Below are positions 1 to 12,624 of a stretch of DNA of 64,000 bases, in pieces. The DNA comes from Chrysomallon squamiferum (taxonomy: Eukaryota > Animalia > Mollusca), in the NCBI GenBank assembly GCA_012295275.1, contig CM022665.1, positions 34,038,001-34,102,000 of the forward strand, written 5' to 3'. Position 1 is the first letter of the stretch. The number at the start of each line of letters is the position of its first letter. Below the pieces are notes generated by a model that saw only the letters and a program-made list of their open reading frames with translations, had not been told where the DNA came from and did no database searches. The position numbers were made by a program, and so were the translations under genes.

Positions 1-1905
1 TTTGTATACAATCTAAATTATATTTATCGTACATCCTTGAGGTTGTAATACGCTTCACTAAATATTTTTTCATTTGAATGTTATGAAAGAGGCCGTGTGC
101 CTCAACAAGCGCGTCATTGTGCTATGTACAATTGTAGGGTGTACGTTCTCTGATGGCCTCTCCACTTGGCAGTTAACTGATGGCTTTTTGATATACTGCA
201 TTTGCCTGCCAACCTTTGACTGGAAAGACATTTATTATACACTCTCATTCAAGTGGTCGAGTTATTATGAGCGCTTTAAAGCCGTTACCAAACCTTCAAT
301 TATGACGCAAACAAATGCACGATAAATGGCCGTAAAGCGACAGTAGCGATAGTTAACAACATTCATCTGCGCATATGCCTTTTCCGTTTGGAACCGTGAA
401 GAGTTCTCTAGAAGCATCATTTTCGTTTATTATTATTTTTTTAAGTACCTGTTTCTTCTGTTTAGTTTCACCTGAAAGTCTTAAAAATGGCAAACAGTGA
501 AATATACTGCGCATTACAAAAACATAAGGAGATATTTTTTTAGAATATCGATTTGCTTGAAGTGAGCTGCTTTCTTCCTGACGTCATTGCTCACGTTCAT
601 CACTAACTACTGAATTTGACAAAATAATAATAATAATAATAATAACAATAATAATAATAATAATCAAAATAAATAAATAAATTAAGAATATAAAGATTTG
701 AGACATCTTGTTAAAAGATAGCACGTATTTCATGTAAATAATCCTTTCTTCAGTTTTAGATATCACGTCCTAAATGTTTTCTGCTAAAGAATTTATTCTT
801 ACTTTCACATTTATTTTTATTTTCCTTTATCATTAACCCTATTCGAACAAGCTGTGTACAAACGCGATTAATCACCTAAATGGACGAAAGAAGCAAAAAT
901 AAATTCTTACACATAGAGGGAAGGGGGTGTTGTTAAATCTCTTTCACTGATATATTGTATTTAGGCTTACTTATAAAATTGTATTTAAACTGCAGAATAT
1001 TTGATTAAAATATTTAGTTGATAAATCAAACGATTATTGGTTAACGTTCCAAGCAAAAGAAGAAAAAAGCATAAAAACACAATAAAAAGTGTTCAAAATA
1101 CACTAGCCATATCCGAAATTCTAGTTTATTTCCAAAAGGCATCGATTTTAGCAAAAATTTGCTGTTCGAAGACATAACAAAATAAATTTCTTTGCGAATA
1201 CTTTACGCAGTCTAAGTGGCTATTTTTACGTTGGTATTTTTTTCCTCTTTCTTTCTTTCTTTCTCTTACTGTAAACACATTATAGTCATAACTAGTAAAA
1301 TAATCATGTAAATGCTACACGAGTTAGGTTTGTCTTTTTTATTATTATTATTATTTTCATACATCACTGATTACACCATATTTATATTTGTTTTTGAAAA
1401 TATGTTTTCTCGGGGAAAACAAATGAATCGTATTTATTTGGCACTGTCATGGGTTTTTTCAATAAAAATGCAAACATTTGTATAAATGTATTTATTTTTT
1501 AAATAAAATAATGTATAAAAATGAAATTTTAAATAGCTTGTTATTTTCTGCAACTGTTTTCAAATTATTACAATTTGTATTCGTGTTATAAACATGCGTC
1601 TTTGTGAAACGATGTAGGAATGGTTTTGTGAACAGCAGAAACAGTTGGCTTTATGGTTTTATTATTATTATTCTATTTTATTTTATTTTACTGGTATACC
1701 TGAACCTATATAAAACAATACGGTTATTTTTCCTTATGTATAATGAAAACGTAATTGTTTTTCTGTTAAATTTAGCTGTGACCAAATCAAACTCAGATCC
1801 CCGAATTACCACTCTGAGTTTTTCACTGCACACAGTAATTTATCTGTTAGTCTGAGAAGATTGCTTTATATCTCATAATGTTATTACTGCCACAAACCTA
1901 AAAAT

Positions 1906-2011
<106 letters not shown>

Positions 2012-2235
2012 TGATCGTATGCTTATCTTCTTTTTTCTTTTTCTTTTTTCTCCAGGAAAAAAAAAAAAGGAGAGAAAAAACTTTTATAAAGGCTTTTATG
2101 ATTTGTCTTTTGTGCGCATGTGCATCACACCATACGTTGCGCCAAATAAAACATTGTTTCCATTCCTGTTATTTTCGCCCTGTTTGAATATTTTTCACAA
2201 CTCTCTTTCGTTTCTTTCCAGGCGTCCTGGTCAGC

Positions 2236-2572
2236 ATGATCGTCATCTGCAGTCACATCTGTGTTGTGCTCGTGCTAAGCGTGGCAGTGGTCGGCCAGAG
2301 TAACGTCCCTTTATCGTCAACGTCACAGAGTAACGTCAAGTCTTCTAGGAAACCAAAAGACGACTCGTTTGTAAAAACTATCGAGGCGAGTTTGTTGAAC
2401 ATTTTTGGACTGAAATCTCGCCCGATGCCCACGAGGGATTCCAAAATACCACAGTATATGTTGGACCTATATGATCTGCATAGCCGGCGGCCAGGCATCG
2501 CCAGTCCGTTTATGCTGACGAAAGGCAAGGGCCTCTTACCTGCCAATACCATTCGCAGTTTTTATCATATGG
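2236..2572 (+). CDS. BMP2/4: BMP2/4 (decapentaplegic) preproprotein, coding exon 1: signal peptide and N-terminal prodomain
   Basis: Acceptor tttctttccag at 2221 (exon starts 2222, so an upstream UTR exon is implied); ATG 2236; hydrophobic signal MIVICSHICVVLVLSVAVVG; prodomain motifs LLNIFGLKSRP, IPQYMLDLY and ANTIRSF; donor G|gtaagt at 2573, phase 1. Confidence 0.96.
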
Positions 2573-2620
2573 GTAAGTAAATCGAATGTTTAATATGTAT
2601 TTCTTTTATACATTATCTTT

Positions 2621-2674
<54 letters not shown>

Positions 2675-3412
2675 TCATTAACGTTAAAATTGTAGATAAA
2701 AAATAATTAAATATATAAATAAATATTTTAACTCATACCATATTCAGGCCTATATTTTCTCATGTACTTTATTAGTGTATTTTCCTGTCAAAGCGAAATA
2801 AGTACTATATTTTATTACTATTATTTTATTTTATTTGAGGGTTAAACGTACAGTGATTAACAAAATCCTGATATCAAAGACTTTGTCATTAAATATTTCG
2901 TTAAATGGCCTTTAAATAATAACTGACATAATAATAATAATAATAATAATAATCACCGTGATCAACATTATAATCATCGACGTTATCATTACTATAAGCA
3001 TTAAAATCATCATCATTTCATCATTATCATAAAAATCTTTTATACTTGATTATAAAATTTACAGATTCTTATTATTCCATTATTTATTACCAGCTGACTT
3101 TATATTATGGATCCTTTAGGCGCCACTGAAGCTGAGCGACTGTGCAAATACCGCCATTTTACTTTGTGTTAGGCGCTGTTAGTTCTCTCATTTTCCTACA
3201 TTTGAAGCTAAATCCTTTAGATTAGATTTTAAAATAACTCACCTCATTTCCATATCAATACTGAACATCTTTTGTGATTAAAAACTGTGCTTACTGAAAA
3301 TACCGAATGCTACAGAATGTTTTCAATCAGAAACTAAAAAACATAAAAAAGCTAGTTAACTTTATCGAAGTAAGTTTGAAGTTTATGTTAATGTCTGAAA
3401 TGTAGCATTATT

Positions 3413-3457
<45 letters not shown>

Positions 3458-4332
3458 GGTTTTTTTTTTTTTTGTTGTTGTTGTTGTTTTTTTTCGTTTT
3501 TTGTTTTTTAATAATAAAAAAATATAATAATTAAATAAAAAAAAAAACCTCACCAGACAATTTTCAGGCTTTTAAAACGCTTCAAATTTGCATTTCCGCC
3601 GACCATAAAACGTTCAAGCTGCGCAAAAAGTAAACTAAAATAAAAATAAAATAATCACATGAAACTTCCCAATACCTCTTTTCGACTGTTTCCGTAACGT
3701 CGCAATAAGCCAGATAATCATTGCCTATTTTATCGCATTTGAAATGTTTTAAATTTATTACTGCCAGTTACCAGTCGTATTCGGTCTTTTGTGAACTGTC
3801 GTCTGCGCCAAACCTCCATGTAGAGAGGACATCCGGTGTAGCCGAAATCGTACCAAGCACGGCGCTGGGCCCACGCTTTAGATTTTATGATCTGATGAAC
3901 ATTGAAATTTATTCGGACTAATAAGATTCGTGGGTTTACGATGGCGACCAGCATCACGCCGTATCTACAGTGGTATCAGTTGAGTTTTACTGTCGTCTTG
4001 TCCAGCAGGAGGTTAGCAATGTGTGGTGCATAGATCCGCCTCAGACTCCGATTTTGTATAATCTGACGTCAAAATTCAAGTACTTTGTTTAACTTTCAAG
4101 TTATTTTTCTAAGACTAAGAGTTTACGATATACAGTGTTAGAACGTTAGTGTGTGTTAGCCAAGAGAAAAGATAAATAAAATAAGAAAAACTCTGTTTTA
4201 TTTATAATATTATGCACTCCTATTTATTTAGTTATTTATGTAATTCCCACCACCCACCCAAACAAACATATGTACATTTCCCTACATTTGTTGTTATTCA
4301 GTATTTTCATAATTCCTTTTTTTCTTTTGCAG

Positions 4333-5234
4333 ACGGTGGCCTGCTGCCCGGCTGTAGAGCACACACCTGTGTAAGAATATGGTTCAATGTCTCGACCATT
4401 CCAGACTCCGAGGACCTCTCAGCAGCTGAGTTGCGGGTGTTCAAGGATGTACATAAATATGTAGATATCAAAAATCGCGATAGTGCTGCTGCTGGTGGAG
4501 ATGTTCGTGGCGCGAGGACAAACAGACTGAAACTGGAGGTCCATGAGATAATGCAACCTCCCAGTGAAAACAGTGAGTGCATATCCAGACTTATCGACAC
4601 AAAGAGTGTTGATTTTAGGAACTCTTCTTGGGAGTCTTTTGACGTGCATTCAGCAGTATTAAAATGGAAGAGCAAGCCTCGTTTCAATCATGGATTGGAG
4701 GTTCGGCTGGTTTCGAACGATCCTTCGCTGTCTGCCGAGGCGCACGTGCGGTTACGTCGGTCTGTGGCTGTGTCAGACCATGATTGGCAATCGCAGCGAC
4801 CCCTGTTGGTGACGTATACGGACGATGGTAAAAACCCCAAGTCTCGGAAAAAACGAGGGTCGAGATCGCGAAGGAAGAAAAATAAGCGAAAGAAAAGGAG
4901 GCGAAAGAAGGGACATAAGAACCACTGCAGACGTCACGCGTTGTACGTTGACTTTAATGATGTAGGTTGGAATGACTGGATAGTAGCGCCAACAGGATAT
5001 AACGCCTTCTACTGCCACGGAAAGTGTCCTTTTCCTTTAGCTCACCATCTAAACTCAACAAACCATGCAATAGTTCAGACGCTTGTAAATTCAGTTAATC
5101 CAACCGCAGTGCCCGAGGCATGCTGCGTTCCCACAGAATTGTCTGCTATATCAATGTTGTATCTGGATGAGTGGGATAAAATAGTTTTGAAAAACTATAA
5201 AGATATGGTGGTTGAAGCTTGTGGTTGTCGATAG
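4333..5234 (+). CDS. BMP2/4: BMP2/4 coding exon 2: rest of prodomain, furin sites and mature cystine-knot ligand
   Basis: Acceptor ttttgcag at 4332 joins in phase (G+AC=Asp); spliced CDS 1239 nt. Motifs: FNVSTIP..E.L.AAELR, RLRR and RKKR furin sites, [66 protein letters not shown]-stop. Confidence 0.98.
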
Positions 5235-5985
5235 CGACAGCCGCAGTGGTTGTTGATGGTCTTGGTATGTTATGGTTGTGGCGTATATGTGGTTGCTTGT
5301 ATGTGGGACGATATATTATCGGCTGATATTTGCGAACGCCCAAATTCCTCTAGATTTGTGATATAGCAGTCTGCTAAGGTACAAACGAGCACTGGTGGGA
5401 CCCGGTCATTCCCCAGACCCTAAACATTCTAACCACGGGTTACTTTGTATGAAGTTATATTAACATACAAAGCTGATGAGGAGTTCACAAACAAAAACCA
5501 TAAATTAACACTTTTACCTCAGACAGGTGCTACACACTTACTTTTGACGACGCACTCATGTTTATTCTTTCTTGATTAAAAATAAAGAGTTAAATGTCAT
5601 GAATTCCGACAAATTGTTTAGTAATAAACTCGCAAAGAGGGTTTTCCAACCCTACCCCGTTCTGAAGATGCGACTGAGCTCTTGGACAGACTGCTTCCAA
5701 GAGGTCAGTACTAAACTTTGTTTACTAGTCAATCAAACGTTAATGGTTGTGACTGCCTTTGACCTTTTAAGGACATAAAGGCCGCTTTGTCGTCTGCCAG
5801 GAGTGGATCTCACATTCATATGGTATTCTGATGTAAATAAAACAAACTTAAAATGTTTTTATCATCAGTTTGGGGTGAAATATATATAAATTCTCCCCCG
5901 TTTTCACCCGTGTTTCCAAATCCACCCTGTGACAGCTTTTGAGTGCTGAAGTTTAGAACGTCTGCTCAAGTTGCACAGAAATGTG

Positions 5986-5999
5986 GTTGCTATGGCAAC
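5986..5999. promoter_or_regulatory. RFX X-box-like palindrome
   Basis: GTTGCTATGGCAAC, one mismatch from GTTGCCATGGCAAC; motif match only. Confidence 0.4.
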
Positions 6000-7226
6000 G
6001 GATGTAGCGACGTTCAGACACCATGTTTAAAATAAGATATTTTGTGTATATTATTAATACATATTTAACTGAATGTTTCAAAATTTGTACATATATTTAT
6101 AAGATATATTTTAAAGGTTTTTTTTGTTGGTTTTTTTTTTGAGTATAAATCTATACAGTTAAAGTAGAATGTATATGTGAAAATAATGCACATACTGTAA
6201 GTCACCTACTCCAGTAAAATGGCAAACACTCCATGTATGATAATGCAAAATCAAAATATACTTATATTAATCCCTAACCTTTGTTTTTGTTTTGTTTTTT
6301 TTCTTTAAAAAAAACAAACAAAATAATAATAATTAAAAAAAACATTTGATTTCGTTATAGAAAGAGACAGTTCTAACAGAATGAATGTGAGGCGAAAACA
6401 TTTTGTTATTTGTTAACTGACATATATTACAGGAAAAGGTTTAATAATTTATATAATGGTGTTTTTTTTTTTTTGTGTTTTTTTTTGTATCTTTTTCTGT
6501 ACCTTCTTAAAAAATATTTAGTTTGTTAATTTTTAACAAAAATATGAATTTGTAATTTTTTCTAAGTATCATTGTTGTTTGAAATTTAGATACTTTATAT
6601 AAAGAAAAACAAATCGTAAACTAATTTTCAATGTATTATACATGTACACTGCATATTAGCAAATGAAAATATCAGAGAGTTGTTATTTTCAGTACTGTAC
6701 ATAACCAGTTTCTGAGTTTCAGTAGGTTTGATATGATTTGATTTTTTTCTCTCAATAATAATAACTATTTTCTTCGCTCTAATTTTGAAAGAATAAAAAT
6801 AATTTATATATATATTGAAACATACAGCTGATCATAATTTTTAGACTTTTTGTCTAAATTCGATATTCATTGAAATTCAACCATTTTTTACGTTGAATTA
6901 ACGTGACTGTCAATATTTTAATAATTTAACAGAACAAACATGACAGCTGAATTTAGTCACATTTTGTAAAATATGGCATTATTAAAAGGTTATTTAACTT
7001 GAACATGCAGTTTTGCTACATTTTAATAAAATAACATAAAAAATTAAGACACATGATTTTTTATATTTAACGAATAGACAAAACCCGAATGTTCGTGTAC
7101 ATTACAGGACAGAGTATTATAAAATTACTGTAAGTAATATTTACTTCAAATTATAGTTAACCAAAAAAAAAAAAAAAAAAAAAATAATAATAATAATAAA
7201 TAAAATAAAAAAAAAAAAAAAAAAAA

Positions 7227-7257
<31 letters not shown>

Positions 7258-8934
7258 ATAAAAAAAATTAATATTATAAAATTTGTAAAGTGTTATTTTA
7301 TTTTTATTAGTATTTTTTAAAGTAGACTTCTTTTCATGTGTTTTTTTAATTCCTAATTTTATATACAATACTAAATTGTTCGTTGCTTAGTTACAATGAT
7401 ACAACAACAGGTGATACGTGGTGGTACATACCTCATGACAGTTTTTTAGTTTTTTTACTTGTTGTGTTTGGTTCGATTTGTTCAAGTGTCTATTTTATTA
7501 GTACACATAAGCTGTGTATATCTTTGAACTGGGATTTCTTCATCAGATGTTTAAATAACAAATGTGTATACGTATTCTTGTTAATAAACTATTTTCAGCA
7601 GGCAAACAAAATTGAAACAAAATAATAATAAAATAAAGAAAACTCCTTGTAATTAGAACTTTGAATTAGTTGTTTGTTCATTTAATTGTGTAACAAGAAG
7701 TGTATGGGTTGTTTAGGAAAATTGGTCTACAGGTTTAAATTTCGTACGCGCAAACATAAACGTTAACAGTGCGATGCAACAATTTTTATTATTATTATGC
7801 ATTTATTTAGTTATTTATTTATGTATTTATTTTATTTTATATTATTAATTTTGTTTTACGTTGATTTATTTGTTATTATTTTTTAATGTTTATTTATTTA
7901 CAGATTTTTAATGTTTTTTTTTTTTTTTTTTTTTCGTTCTCCGAATTGTTTAATTGGTCAACTATTTAAGGTTTTGAACGAGATTAATAAAGATTATAGG
8001 TGTATGATAAGTCTTTTCTCAGTTCACTATCTAAGTCTCCATGAAGCCATACATAAAATCTTAGCTATATATTTATCACAGTTAAAAACTTTACATATAT
8101 TTCATAATTTTGGCTCTTTTATCCATAAAAATACTAACAATTAAATCGTTTAATTTTCTTTTTAATAATTTCACAATTTACTCACAGAATTTTCAACAAC
8201 ATTATAAACGAAAGAAAAAAAATAAACAAATAAAAGTAACAGCACTAATATGAAATAATACTTTCTTTTTAAAGTGTGTTTTATCAGCTGAAATAATGAA
8301 ATTCCACAACAAACCTCAAATGACCGATGCACGGGAAATACTTTTTGCATTTCACACCAAACCGCCAAGTCCTTCCTAATCGAAGACAATTTTTAAAGTC
8401 AACTCGTTGTTTGTGGAAATATTTCTCACCCAAGCATTATATTTTCTTTCATAATCTAACGTCATTCACTGCTAACCTCGCTTTGTTTATGTTCTGTGCC
8501 AAGACGGACAAGTGCTTGACCAAAACGGCTCCCAAAATCCCGAAACCACAATTGAGGCACACAGTGACCGTTTTATGGAAAACACAACAACAACCAAATT
8601 ATTTCATCCTTTTAAATAAACTTCCACAGCTGTCGTTTATTCTCAATGAACAAAAGATTTTCTCAAAAAGAAGATCATTTTTTAGTCACTTCAATAGAGG
8701 CATTATGCCTGATTTGAAAAGAACCGCCGCTAAATCTTGTTACACATTAGACATGACAACATCGTGTAAAAGAAACACAAACTCTGTCCTACCTGAATTT
8801 TTGTAGAATACTTGTAGCGCAATAAGCTCATAGATGTATAATTTTGTTGTTGCTTCTAAAATACAATTTAGTTTAAGTACGTCTAACTGATTAGACCATT
8901 CCCTTATTATTATTATTTTTGGAAATATTATTAT

Positions 8935-8990
<56 letters not shown>

Positions 8991-9220
8991 TGAAAATTTG
9001 CTATTATTATTATTGAAATTATTATTATTATCATCATTATTATCGGATTCGACGTTGTCGTTATCGTTAACATTTTTTTTAATATGCCTGTTTGAATAAT
9101 GTTATATTTATTATGATTTTCCTTATTATCTTCATCATTTTTGTCATCGTCTTCGTCATCATTATAATTATAATTGTTTGAATAAACAAATATTTTTATG
9201 ATTATCATTACTACTACTGC

Positions 9221-9278
<58 letters not shown>

Positions 9279-9311
9279 AAGCTTCTTTTTTAATTACGAG
9301 TTACATTCTTT

Positions 9312-9354
<43 letters not shown>

Positions 9355-11010
9355 ATGCAAAATCAAATTTCAGTTTGTCATTTAAATCGTGTTCGAAATT
9401 ATTTAAAGTCACCCTTAGGAGCTGAGGTAAACAAAATATCACTGCTTTTAAAACTTCAGTTTTCTATCCGATAAACAGACTATGCAAAATTCATCGTTTG
9501 TTTTGACTGTTTCGTTATAAAAAGACCATTTATTCTTCAAAGAAATGCTTATTTTAATCACTGACTCTTTTTAACAAGCTATAATTACACACACATATGC
9601 ATGTACTAATCATTGTTTGATATTTTAAAAAAATAAAAAAAATAATAAAAAAATAAAAATTAGCACACCTCATATCCTATAAATTATGAAAGCTTTACTT
9701 TAGTACTACAAGTAGTTGAAAACCCGTAGTAATATGTCATTTCATATCTCAAAGCGTACTTCTGGTCACGGCTAAAGTATTACCATAAAATTTCCTAATA
9801 CTAATAGCAGTATTTTATTGTCATAGAGTTTTATTAGCAAAGTTGGGCCGCCAGTGTCAAAAGCACTAGTAAGCTTGAAGCATTGAAAATAAATTTAATT
9901 TTTTTTTTTTTTTTTTTTTTTATCCTCTGGCATCAAACGTACACTTTAATATATTTTAACTCAGAAAGACATATCCCAATAATGGGAAGCAAATATACCA
10001 TTAATTAAAAAAAAAAAAAAAAAAAAAAAAAATCATTAAAAACACCTATATTAATAAAAGCCGCCACTTCCGCATATCGTTTTTTTTTTTTTTTTAATTG
10101 ATTTATTCATTCATTCATTCATTCATTCATATTTTACGATATTTTATTTACTTACTTATTTATTCATTTTCATTATTTGTTTAGTTAGTTATCTATCTTA
10201 TTTTATTTGGTTTCGTTATAATAATAAATATAATCTGAACTGAAGTAGAAAAGATTCAACCAGTTCGTTCGTTACCAGATTCATCACATCTATCAAATTC
10301 ATCTGACACGGTACAGCTAAGATTTAGTTAGGCCACAGACTGGTTTATGTAATGCTAACTTACACGACCAGAGGCTAGATTTATTTGATTTAATCTCGTT
10401 GACCTGCTGCTCTGCTTGTAAATTAAATTTTAATCACAGTTAATGATTCAGTCAGTCATTTACAAACATCAGTTTTTGTGGGGGGTTTTCTGTTTTTCAA
10501 TTTGGTGTACCTAAAACACGGCGATGAACAAAGAAAAAGAAGAAAGAAAAAAAAAATCAACTTGTGGCTGTCTAAGTGGCGTCGTGGTGTTCTAATGTTT
10601 CACGTACTCCTCCCTACATTAGTCTGTTCACTACATCGACATCTTTGTTGTGATCTTCACTGACCAAATCTTCAGTGTCGTGTTTGTCATATAAACCGAA
10701 AGTAAATATATAATTCACCTCTTTCTCTCTTTGTTAATTAATTTATCTATCTTAATACCTTTATTTACCTTTCTTTTTTTTTTGACAGTAATAGTAGCAG
10801 TAGTAGTAGTAATAGGTGCATTTGTTAAATATAACAAAGTTTTAAATTAATAAGCAAACAATTAAACAACAACACAAAAATATATATCACAAAAATACAA
10901 ACCATGGATATTACAATTTCTGAAAAAGAAATGTAACGCAAATTTAATACATCTGTTTTTATTCCAACTAACATAACAAGAAGACAGTCCTGGTTGAGTA
11001 ACTAGAATGG

Positions 11011-11042
<32 letters not shown>

Positions 11043-12586
11043 AGAAAAGAAGTGAACAAAACTAATTTCCATCGCGGAACGACTTAAAGGCTTTCGCCGG
11101 TCTAGTCATACTTACAAAGTTTTATTTCCCGTGTCATCTAAAATAAAATTATTTATGTCCCAGTATGGACCCCGTTTCGTTTTCTTGGCTACAAAAAGAA
11201 GATATGTCTGTCTATGCCATGCATCTGTGAGAGCAGACCGTCTGCGGTTTTGTAACAGAAAACCTTACCAATAAGTGATACCGAATTTATAGACACTTGA
11301 ACAGGTACGCGGGTTTTGAAAAAGGACATCCAGCAAATTTGAAATTTGGAGATGGGATGCCTGGTGTGGTTTTTTGTTAAAAAACAAGAAAAATCAACAA
11401 AACACCTTAAGAATTTTTATTATTATTTATGTCTGCATTTATTTATTAGTAGTAGTTGTTGTTGTTGCATATCAGTTATTAGATTATATATATAATAATT
11501 GTTGTAGTCGTTATTATAAATTAAAGAAAGAAAATTAATTTTAAATTTCAAAACAGATTAAATACATTAACAAATTCATTTTTAGATGTTATAGTAATAC
11601 TAGCAATTGTAAGAAGAAAAATACACACACATAAACAGACACCACATTCGTGACATTGCTTACAAAATTCTAAGACATTTTAAATTTGTTTTAACTGTTA
11701 AGTTCCGTAGCAGTTATAGCAATAATAGTAACAAATAAATAAATAAATAAAGAAATAAAAAGAAATAAATATAAATTTCAAAAGAATTATACACCTACAA
11801 ATTATATCTTTTTTAACTTTAAATGTACAGTTTTAGTTCAGAAGTGATATGATAATCACGGCAACATCAACGGTAAAAGTAGCAATAAAATATACACATA
11901 CGCCGTCTGTAATTATATTTTAATGACATATTTTAAGTAATTTAGTCGTATTATCCAGCGATTTATCGTAACAGCTTCCTCTGTTTTTCCGCCAATTTCA
12001 TGCTCGTTTTGTTCCTTTCTTTCCTTTTATATCCCACCCGTTCTTCTTCTGCACATAACTCGACCACTCTTCAGAAAGACATCCGAGTATTGTGCTTTTG
12101 TGTTTAGTATTATTAATTAAGATAACATCTTAGAAAACCAACAAAAGCCTTTCACGACTATGCACTAATTCAAACAACAAACATGGCCACACGAGCCGTT
12201 TTGATCTTATCGTGTTTGTTTAATATTCTCTCCCATTCGCGTCTTGCCTACCCCTAGATTGTCGTCCAAGGCGGGAACCTAGGGATTAACCGCTATCGAA
12301 GACCCCGACTCTGATCTCCACTGTGCGAAACAGACTTGCTTTAGAATGAAGTTTTATTTTAATTTTAAGCTGATTGTGAACGAGTTTTTATCGATTCACG
12401 AGAGGTTGGATACGTAAAAATGTTAATTTTGTGACGAAATGGAAATTAAATGTTGACACAGAAATATTTTCGAGTAAGGCTTTTTTTGTTTAGTCTGTCT
12501 GGGACATAATAATTATTCTATATATTTTGCTTCTGATAATTATTGAGGTTGGTAAAAAAAAAAAAAAAAAAAATATTGGTTAAGTA

Positions 12587-12624
<38 letters not shown>

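Noticed and set aside
4212-4332. N-terminal 40 codons of the 340-aa ORF
   Set aside because: Intronic read-through upstream of the acceptor at 4332; the real N-terminus is in exon 2236-2572.
8327-8806. 159-aa plus-strand ORF
   Set aside because: No recognisable domain or splice context; more consistent with a non-coding GC-richer patch.
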